The notes under the pieces: generated by a model
What the model saw: only the letters and a program-made list of their open reading frames with translations
Database searches by the model: none
Told to the model about the DNA's origin: nothing
Part shown: positions 26,239 through 33,964 of the stretch, in pieces
How positions within the stretch are numbered: the first letter of the stretch is position 1
How the letters are laid out: each line of letters starts with the position of its first letter
Made by a program: the position numbers and the translations under genes
Assembly (NCBI GenBank): GCA_964431135.1
Contig: CAYSIN010000005.1
Span: forward strand, 245-64,244
Source: an uncultured Bacteroidales bacterium
Lineage (GTDB): Bacteria; Bacteroidota; Bacteroidia; Bacteroidales; GWA2-32-17
Length of the DNA: 64,000 nt
Direction of reading: 5' to 3'

Positions 26239-28983
26239 ATGCCTAAAGAAGATAAAAATTTTGATGTACTTGTAATTGGCGGTGGTATTGCTGGACAAGA
26301 AACAGCATTAAACCTTGCCGACATGAATCATAAGGTTTTACTGGTAGAAAAAGGACATTCTATTGGTGGCACAATGATACAATTAAGTAAAGTATTTCCT
26401 ACACTTGATTGTGCTGCCTGCATTACTACACCCAAAATGTCTGAAACAGCACGTCATCCAAACATTACCCTGATGCTAGACAGCAAAATAGAAAAAATCA
26501 ATAAAAATGATACGGACTTTCAGGTAACAGTTCATCAACAAGCCCGTTATATTATTCCCGAAGCCTGTACAGGATGCGGAGAATGCGAAGTTGTTTGTCC
26601 CGAAGTGCGACCCGATGAATATAATACACAACTGGCAGGAACCAAAGTAGCCCATATTCCCTTTGCACTTGCTAATCCACGTATTTCTGCCATTGAACGA
26701 AACAATACTTCGGCACCCTGTATCAATGAATGTCCTGGCGGCGTAAAGGCTTATGGTTATATTTCGCTGGTAAGAAATAAACAGTACGAAGAAGCCATGA
26801 AACTTCATTTGGAAGATATTCCACTGCCCGGAAGTTTGGGACGTGCTTGCTATGCACCCTGTCAGGTTGCCTGTACTCGCAGTTCACTCGATTCATCCGT
26901 AGATATAAGACGAATAAAACGTTTCTTTGCTGAAGAATATTATCAAAAACATGCGGAACCCGAAAAAATTGAAATACGACAGTCGTTAACTCAAAAAATT
27001 GCTGTTGTGGGTTCAGGACCTGCAGGATTAACAGCCGCTTATCATTTAGCATTAAAAGGATATAAAGTAAAAATTTTTGAAGCATCCCCCGTTTTGGGTG
27101 GTATGTTGATACTTACTTTACCCGAGTATCGTTTACCTAAAGCCGTTGTTGAAAGAGATGTAAAAAATATTCTTTCACTTGGTGTTGAATATGAAACCAA
27201 TAAGAAAATAGATAACTTAAAACAACTGAAAGAAGAAGGATTTGACAGTATATTTGTTTCTGTTGGCACTCATGAAACGCCTAAATTAAGAATAGAAGGT
27301 GCTGAGTTGGAAAATATTGTTTCGTGTCTCGATTTTTTACGTGAAGCGAACATAGGCGAGCGTAAAAATTTAAAAGGGAAAAAAGTAATGGTTATTGGTG
27401 GTGGCAATACGGCCATGGATGCTTCACGAACAGCCCTGCGTTTGGGAGCAGAAAAAGTTACCGTGGTATATCGTCGTAGCCGTGAAGAAATGCCTTGCTT
27501 TAAACCAGAAATAGAGGAAGCAGAAGAAGAAGGTGTAGAAATATTGGTTTTACGCAATCCTGTTAAATTTATGGGAAAAAACGGAAAGATAACCAATGTT
27601 CAACTGATAAAAATGAGATTAGGAGAACCCGATAAGGACGGAAGAAGAAAACCTGAACCCATAGAAGGTTCTGAATACATAGAAGAAGTAGATTTTGTAA
27701 TTGAAGCCATTGGATTGCAACCTTCAACTTCTCTATTCGCTAATACGCTTGAATTGAATAAAAATGGAACTATAAAAGTAAATAATTTTACTTTACAAAC
27801 ATCGGTTGATTACATATTTGCCGGTGGCGATTCAGTTACAGGTGCAACAACTATTATTGCAGCAGCCGGACAAGGCAAAAAGGCTGCCTTTTATATAGAC
27901 AAATTTTTGAAGGGACTGAAACTTGAAGAATATGAATCGGGCGACAAGTTACCAGCGGTAGATAAAAATACAGTTTTAAACAAACCAAATTTACCTTCTA
28001 TACCCAAAGTAAAACAAAAAATGAGACCTGCCAAAGAGCGTATTCATGACTTTAATGATGTAGAATTGACTTTTACCGAAGAAGAAGTATTACAAAGCGC
28101 CAAACGTTGCCTCGATTGCAGCAATTGTCGTGAATGTCATCAATGTGTAAATGCGTGCCCGGCGTATGCTATAGATTTTTCTCAAAAACATAAAACAGAA
28201 TCTATAACAGCCAAATCGGTCGTTGTTTCTACAGGGTATAAACTTTTTCCACCACAAGGAAAACCTGAATATGGTTATGGAATATATCCCAATGTAATTG
28301 ATTCTTTACAAATGGATAGACTGATTGCACCTACCAGACCTTTTAACAACGTTCTAAGACCGGGCGATGGTAAAACACCCGACAATATTGCTTATATATT
28401 ATGTACAGGCTCACGCGATTCGGCAATTGAAAATAAAAGTTGCAGCGTTGAATGCTCCAACAATCCTATTTGTTCACAGATTTGCTGCATGTATTCCATT
28501 AAACAGGCTCAACTTTTAATGGGTGCTTTACCCATGGCAGATATCACCATTTATTATATAGATATACGTGCTTTTGGTAAAGGATATGAAGAATTTTATC
28601 AACAAGCAAAATCTATGGGAGTAAATTTTATAAAAGGGAAAGTTGCTAAAATTAGAGAAAAAGATGACCACAGTGGTAATCTTATTTTACGATATGAGGA
28701 TGTTACAACGGGTAAACTGAAAGAATCGGAACACGACGTAGTTGTACTTTCTGTAGGTGTTTTGCCAAACAAAGAAGTACCCAATATGTTTGGCAATGTA
28801 AAACTTGAACTGGATACATTTAATTTTGTTAAACAGGTGGATGAATTAGTAAACCCTGCCAAAACGAGCATTGAAGGTGTATTTGTTGCCGGTGCTGCCT
28901 CTGGTCCAAAAGATATTCCCGATTCCATATTATCTGCTGGATGTGCCTCTACCGAAGTAGCGGGCTATATCAATAAATTGTAA
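26239..28983 (+). CDS. HdrA/QmoA-like flavoprotein with an inserted GltD/NfnB-type NAD(P)H module (HdrL-like)
   Basis: GGGIAG, FPTLDCAACITTPK, CTGCGECEVVCP; inserted PCINECPGG, GRACYAPCQVAC, GSGPAG, GGGNTAMD, YRRSREEM; then CTGSRD, CSQICCMYS, GPKDIPDS. Confidence 0.88.
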   Translation: MPKEDKNFDVLVIGGGIAGQETALNLADMNHKVLLVEKGHSIGGTMIQLSKVFPTLDCAACITTPKMSETARHPNITLMLDSKIEKINKNDTDFQVTVHQQARYIIPEACTGCGECEVVCPEVRPDEYNTQLAGTKVAHIPFALANPRISAIERNNTSAPCINECPGGVKAYGYISLVRNKQYEEAMKLHLEDIPLPGSLGRACYAPCQVACTRSSLDSSVDIRRIKRFFAEEYYQKHAEPEKIEIRQSLTQKIAVVGSGPAGLTAAYHLALKGYKVKIFEASPVLGGMLILTLPEYRLPKAVVERDVKNILSLGVEYETNKKIDNLKQLKEEGFDSIFVSVGTHETPKLRIEGAELENIVSCLDFLREANIGERKNLKGKKVMVIGGGNTAMDASRTALRLGAEKVTVVYRRSREEMPCFKPEIEEAEEEGVEILVLRNPVKFMGKNGKITNVQLIKMRLGEPDKDGRRKPEPIEGSEYIEEVDFVIEAIGLQPSTSLFANTLELNKNGTIKVNNFTLQTSVDYIFAGGDSVTGATTIIAAAGQGKKAAFYIDKFLKGLKLEEYESGDKLPAVDKNTVLNKPNLPSIPKVKQKMRPAKERIHDFNDVELTFTEEEVLQSAKRCLDCSNCRECHQCVNACPAYAIDFSQKHKTESITAKSVVVSTGYKLFPPQGKPEYGYGIYPNVIDSLQMDRLIAPTRPFNNVLRPGDGKTPDNIAYILCTGSRDSAIENKSCSVECSNNPICSQICCMYSIKQAQLLMGALPMADITIYYIDIRAFGKGYEEFYQQAKSMGVNFIKGKVAKIREKDDHSGNLILRYEDVTTGKLKESEHDVVVLSVGVLPNKEVPNMFGNVKLELDTFNFVKQVDELVNPAKTSIEGVFVAGAASGPKDIPDSILSAGCASTEVAGYINKL

Positions 28984-29004
28984 TTAAAATTTAATACTAC
29001 ATAC

Positions 29005-31203
29005 ATGAAAGAAAAAATAGGCGTTTATATTTGTCATTGCGGAGGAAATATTTCCGACTATGTGGACGTGGAAGAAATTGCCAAAATGTTGAAAGATGAA
29101 GATGGAGTGATTATTTCTAAGGATGTCATGTTTGCCTGTGCCGATTCAAACCAAAAGGACATGGTAAATGATATTAAGGAATATAATCTGGATGCTATTG
29201 TGGTAGCATCGTGCTCGCCAAAATTGCATTTACATACGTTTAAGGGAGTTGCAGAACGTGCAGGACTCAATCCGTCCAATTATGTGCAGGTTAATATTCG
29301 TGAACAATGTTCATGGCCTCATTCCGATAAACCCACCGATGCTACCATTAAAGCCGTTGGATTAATCAGAGCCGGCATTAAACGCGTTGCCTATTCCGAA
29401 TCACTTGAAAATATCGAAATCGGTGTTAAAAAATCGGCACTGGTTGTAGGTGCTGGCATTGCTGGGCTTAAAGCCACCATAGATTTAGCCCGTCTTGGAA
29501 ATGAAGTTTATTTGATTGAAAAAGATTATTTTATTGGTGGACGTATTACGCAAACCGAAACGTTATTTCCAACAGAACAGAATAGTAAAGAAATCATCAC
29601 GAAACTTTATGAAGAAATAAAAAAATACAATAACATTACCCTTTTTACCGGGGCAACCATAGAAAAAGTATCGGGAAGTCTTGGCAATTTTAATGTTGAT
29701 ATAAAAGTTAAGCCACGATTTATTAACAGCAGAACCGATATTCAAACGGTGCAGAAAGCCATGGATGAATGTGCTGTTTTTGTAGAAGACGATTTTAATT
29801 TGGGATTGACCAAACGTAAAGCCATTTATAAAAATTATCCCGAAGCATTACCAAATGTTCCGGTAATTATTCCGGCGGCATTGGTTAATGAAAAGGATTT
29901 TCTTCAAAAATTTGCTTCCTGCTTCGATTTTAATCAAAAAGATGAAATTTTATCACTGGTAGCCGGCTCCGTTCTGGTTACTACCGGTTTTGATTACTAT
30001 CAACCCAAAGAAGGAGAATTCGGATATAAAAATATTCCGACCGTTATTACACTTCCCGAGTTTAATAGGCTGGTGGAATTAAGCCCAGATAAATTAATAC
30101 ACAATGGAAAAGAAATTAAAAAAGTAGCATTTATTTATTGCGTCGGCAGTCGTCAGACCAAAGGCGAAAATAAATATTGCTCGCGACAGTGTTGCTCTTC
30201 AACTATTTATACTTCGTTGAACATACATAAAAAATATAAAAACATCACTTCATTTCACTTATACAGGGATATAAGAACATACGGTAAACAAGAAATCCTT
30301 TATGAAAAATCATCTAAACAAGGTGATATTTATATTCGATATGATGAAAAGGAACCGCCCAGTGTTGAATTACAAGGTCAAGATATCATTGTAAAAGTAA
30401 AAGATTATCTTACACAAAAAAAAGAACTGGAAATTGAAACAGATTTGGTGGTACTTGTTACAGGAATGACCTCACGAAGAGACAGCCAAATGATTTCCGA
30501 CAAATTTAAAATACCTGTTGGCAACGATAAATTCTTTAACGAAATCCACCCGAAATTAAAACCAGTAGAAACGGTAATCAAGGGCGTATATATTGGCGGG
30601 ACCTGTCAGGGACCAAAAAATGTTTCCGAATCCGTTCAGTCATCGCTTTCGGCAGTAGCAAAAATAAATGCCATTTTAAAAGGCGGCAAAGTATCATTAG
30701 ACCCGGTCATTGCACGCGTAAATACCGATGCCTGCGTATGGTGCGGAAAATGTGCCGAAGTATGCGAATACGATGCCATTAAAGAGATTGAAGAAAACGG
30801 AAAGAAAATAGCATTTGTTAATAAAGCTACCTGTGCAGGTTGTGGTATCTGTGCACCTGTTTGCCCAGTAAATGCTATTGAAATAGCACAATACACCGAT
30901 AATGAAATCGAATCAATGATAGATGGATTTATGCAAGAGGTAGCGTTTAAGGAAAAAACAGGTGAAATAGAAAAAGTAGAAGAAATAAATACTGTTAGCA
31001 TGAAGGAGTATCCACTTTTGTGGAATGAAATTATATCTACCTTAAAAACAGAAAAACAAACTATACCACAAATGGCTCAAAAATTAAACTTACAAAAAGA
31101 ACTTATAACCTATCATGTAATGACCATGCACAAATATAACATTCTTGTAGCCGACGGCATGGACAATAAAGAACAATATTATTACTATACATTAAAAAAA
31201 TAA
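29005..31203 (+). CDS. hdrA: HdrA/QmoB-like flavoprotein with C-terminal ferredoxin and winged-helix extension
   Basis: GVYICHCGGNI, CSPKLH, NIREQCSW, GAGIAG, CVGSR, YCSRQCC, GTCQGPKNV, CVWCGKCAEVC, CAGCGICAPVCP. Confidence 0.88.
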   Translation: MKEKIGVYICHCGGNISDYVDVEEIAKMLKDEDGVIISKDVMFACADSNQKDMVNDIKEYNLDAIVVASCSPKLHLHTFKGVAERAGLNPSNYVQVNIREQCSWPHSDKPTDATIKAVGLIRAGIKRVAYSESLENIEIGVKKSALVVGAGIAGLKATIDLARLGNEVYLIEKDYFIGGRITQTETLFPTEQNSKEIITKLYEEIKKYNNITLFTGATIEKVSGSLGNFNVDIKVKPRFINSRTDIQTVQKAMDECAVFVEDDFNLGLTKRKAIYKNYPEALPNVPVIIPAALVNEKDFLQKFASCFDFNQKDEILSLVAGSVLVTTGFDYYQPKEGEFGYKNIPTVITLPEFNRLVELSPDKLIHNGKEIKKVAFIYCVGSRQTKGENKYCSRQCCSSTIYTSLNIHKKYKNITSFHLYRDIRTYGKQEILYEKSSKQGDIYIRYDEKEPPSVELQGQDIIVKVKDYLTQKKELEIETDLVVLVTGMTSRRDSQMISDKFKIPVGNDKFFNEIHPKLKPVETVIKGVYIGGTCQGPKNVSESVQSSLSAVAKINAILKGGKVSLDPVIARVNTDACVWCGKCAEVCEYDAIKEIEENGKKIAFVNKATCAGCGICAPVCPVNAIEIAQYTDNEIESMIDGFMQEVAFKEKTGEIEKVEEINTVSMKEYPLLWNEIISTLKTEKQTIPQMAQKLNLQKELITYHVMTMHKYNILVADGMDNKEQYYYYTLKK

Positions 31204-31208
31204 GGAAC

Positions 31209-32378
31209 ATGGCTAAAGTAAATCCCGATTTTGTAAATGAAATTAAAAAATTTGGAGCAAGTGATTTTGATGCATGCTTCAATTGCGGAAACTGTACAGC
31301 AATATGCTCGCTTACCGATGCAGATAATTCGTTCCCAAGAAAAATAATCCGTTATACTACGCTTGGACTTGAAAGTGAAATACAATCTTCGTTAGAGCCA
31401 TGGCTGTGCTATTATTGCGGCGATTGCTCCACATCGTGCCCGCGACAGGCAGACCCAGGCAACCTGATGATGTCCGTTAGAAGATACCTGACCGCTAACT
31501 ACGACTGGACAGGCATTTCAAAAAAACTATATACTTCAAAAGTTTGGGAAATAGGATTAATCGGATTAATTTCGTTAGCAGTTCTTACGATGTTTATCCT
31601 TTATCATGGTGATATGACTACAGAACTCACCAGCGAAGGAGGCGTAAAACTGAATACTTTTGCTCCGTGGCAAATCATCGAAAAAATTGACTGGGGACTG
31701 GCTGCATTCCTTTCTTTCTTCCTGCTTTCCAATATTGTGAATATGTACTTTAAAATAGTCGGAACGAAGAAAAAAGTACCCTTTAAAATGTATTTTATAC
31801 AATTGTATAAATTAATTCTCCATTTTTTTACACAAAAGAACTTTGCAAAATGCAATACAGAAAAAATATCTTTTGCACAAAAAATTAAAAATGGCAGTTA
31901 TACATATTGGATAGTGCACTTTTTGCTGATGTCGAGTTACGTGCTGTTGTTTATTATGATAGTTGGCTTTTTGGGATGGTTTCAGACCGAAGCCATTCAT
32001 CCGTGGTATTATCCGCAACGGTTGTTTGGTTATTATTCGACCATAGGACTGCTGTTTGGAACTGTATATTTCTCTATATTGCGATATAAGAAAACATCGG
32101 AAAAGTCTAAAAAAACACATTATACCGACTGGACGTTTCTTATTCTCTTATTCCTCACCGCTTCTACGGGGATACTACTGCATTTCTTCAGAATAAGCGG
32201 AATGCCTTATGCAACGTACTACACGTATGTCATACATTTAATGGTTTTATTCCCGATGCTGATGATTGAAGTGCCGTTTTCCAAATGGTCGCATCTGGCA
32301 TACAGACCTTTTGCCATCTATTTTTCAAGCCTTGTAAAGGCAACTGCCGAAAAAAGTAATGTAAATACCAAAAAATAA
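31209..32378 (+). CDS. QmoC-like subunit (HdrC-type 2x[4Fe-4S] domain plus membrane cytochrome b domain)
   Basis: CFNCGNCTAIC, CYYCGDCSTSCP, about 6 TM helices with His (IVHF, LLHF, VIHL) and KWSHLAYRP. Confidence 0.82.
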   Translation: MAKVNPDFVNEIKKFGASDFDACFNCGNCTAICSLTDADNSFPRKIIRYTTLGLESEIQSSLEPWLCYYCGDCSTSCPRQADPGNLMMSVRRYLTANYDWTGISKKLYTSKVWEIGLIGLISLAVLTMFILYHGDMTTELTSEGGVKLNTFAPWQIIEKIDWGLAAFLSFFLLSNIVNMYFKIVGTKKKVPFKMYFIQLYKLILHFFTQKNFAKCNTEKISFAQKIKNGSYTYWIVHFLLMSSYVLLFIMIVGFLGWFQTEAIHPWYYPQRLFGYYSTIGLLFGTVYFSILRYKKTSEKSKKTHYTDWTFLILLFLTASTGILLHFFRISGMPYATYYTYVIHLMVLFPMLMIEVPFSKWSHLAYRPFAIYFSSLVKATAEKSNVNTKK

Positions 32379-32387
32379 TTTAACCTT

Positions 32388-32846
32388 ATGAAAGAATTTA
32401 AAACATCCGATGATATTCTCAATTTTGCTATAGAAAGAGAACAAAGTTCCATAGATTTTTATCAGGAACAAGCATCAAAATCGGTCAACAACCATATTCG
32501 AAAAACATTCGAACGATTTGCCAAAGAAGAAAAAGGGCATAAATCAAAACTTATCAAAATAAAAGAGAAAAAGACATTCGAATTAAGCAAAAATAATATG
32601 AGGGATTTAAAAATTGCCGACTATATAAGTGATGATATTGTCAGTACCGATAATTTGAATTATCAAGACGCATTGATTTTGGCTATGAAACGTGAAAAAT
32701 CTGCTTTTAAACTTTATACCGCACTTGCCAATAAAACAAACGACACGTTATTGCAAAATTTGTTTTTAAAATTAGCCTCGGAAGAATCAAAACATAAACT
32801 GATGTTTGAACTGGAATACGATGAAGTTATTTTGAACGAAAATTAA
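32388..32846 (+). CDS. Ferritin-like/rubrerythrin-family di-iron protein
   Basis: Duplicated E...Y...EExxH motifs (EREQSSIDFY/EEKGH; KREKSAFKLY/EESKH). Confidence 0.85.
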   Translation: MKEFKTSDDILNFAIEREQSSIDFYQEQASKSVNNHIRKTFERFAKEEKGHKSKLIKIKEKKTFELSKNNMRDLKIADYISDDIVSTDNLNYQDALILAMKREKSAFKLYTALANKTNDTLLQNLFLKLASEESKHKLMFELEYDEVILNEN

Positions 32847-32999
32847 CCTGCATTACTTTTCTTGTCTTTTTTGCAATAACAAACATTCCATCGTTATCAG
32901 CCATGATTTTTTGCCCGGGTTAAAAAAATATATTTTTCTCCTTATAGTTGTTATTTGAAAATTATACTATAAATTTGTTTCTACTTATGACGTGTTTTA

Positions 33000-33887
33000 A
33001 TGGAAAGTAATATATCTGTTTCTGTGATTATTCCAGCATTCAATGCTGCTGCTTATATTGCCGAAACCATTACTTCCATTCAGCAACAATCATTTTCTGA
33101 CTGGGAAGTTATTATTGTAAACGACGGCTCTACCGACAACACCGCAGATATCATCAAACCCTTTCTAAACGAAAAAATAAATTTAATACACCAGACCAAT
33201 CAGGGTGTTTCTATTGCTCGCAATAATGGATTAACACAGGCACACGGGAAATATGTCGTTTTTTTAGATGCTGACGATGTGCTGTCATTGGATTTTTTAA
33301 AAAACCGGTTTGAATTTTTAGAAGCCAATCCCGATAGCGGTTTTTGTTGTGGAGATGTTTTACACTTCACCAATAACATTCACCATATAAATAAATATTC
33401 GATTGGGAAATTTGAAAATATCCCCATAAAAATTTTATTATATGAAAAAGGATTCGACTCGGTACCTTCCAATTATATGCACCGTAAAGAAGTGCTTATA
33501 AAAAATAACATCCGTTTCAATCCTTTACTTTCAAGTACTGCCGACCGTATGTTTTTATTGGAATTGAATAAATATACTATCGGTGGATATGTGCCTAATG
33601 CTCCACTTTACTATCGTCAACACAGCGATAGCATGTCAAACAATTTTACTATTACACTTATAAAAGATAATGTATTGTATTACCATTTGGTGGAAGAAAA
33701 AAAACTTATTCCCGATGAAATACGAGAACAAGCATTGTTTTTAAAATATTACATTATTGCTACTTCATATTTCAAAATAAAACATATTAACGCTATTTCA
33801 TGGTATTTTATAGGTTTCATTAAATATCCAGCACCATTTTTTAAAAAAATCTTTCAAGCAATAAAACTGCACTATTCAAGAAATTAA
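33000..33887 (+). CDS. GT2 family glycosyltransferase
   Basis: SVIIPAFN, VNDGSTD, NQGVSIARNNG, FLDADD. Confidence 0.9.
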   Translation: MESNISVSVIIPAFNAAAYIAETITSIQQQSFSDWEVIIVNDGSTDNTADIIKPFLNEKINLIHQTNQGVSIARNNGLTQAHGKYVVFLDADDVLSLDFLKNRFEFLEANPDSGFCCGDVLHFTNNIHHINKYSIGKFENIPIKILLYEKGFDSVPSNYMHRKEVLIKNNIRFNPLLSSTADRMFLLELNKYTIGGYVPNAPLYYRQHSDSMSNNFTITLIKDNVLYYHLVEEKKLIPDEIREQALFLKYYIIATSYFKIKHINAISWYFIGFIKYPAPFFKKIFQAIKLHYSRN

Positions 33888-33964
33888 GATTTCGTTTAAT
33901 GAATTAATCAAGTTCTATGAATAATTCATAAAAAGTATGTAAATTTGTTTTTTAATTTTTAATA

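Noticed and set aside
25789-32378. Selenocysteine recoding in MvhD/HdrA
   Set aside because: The ORFs are continuous with Cys codons and end in TAA; no in-frame TGA read-through is needed.
23776-32999. Hdr cluster as an island integrated at tRNA-Ser
   Set aside because: The only att-like repeat is 161 bp from the tRNA; I found no distal copy and no integrase.
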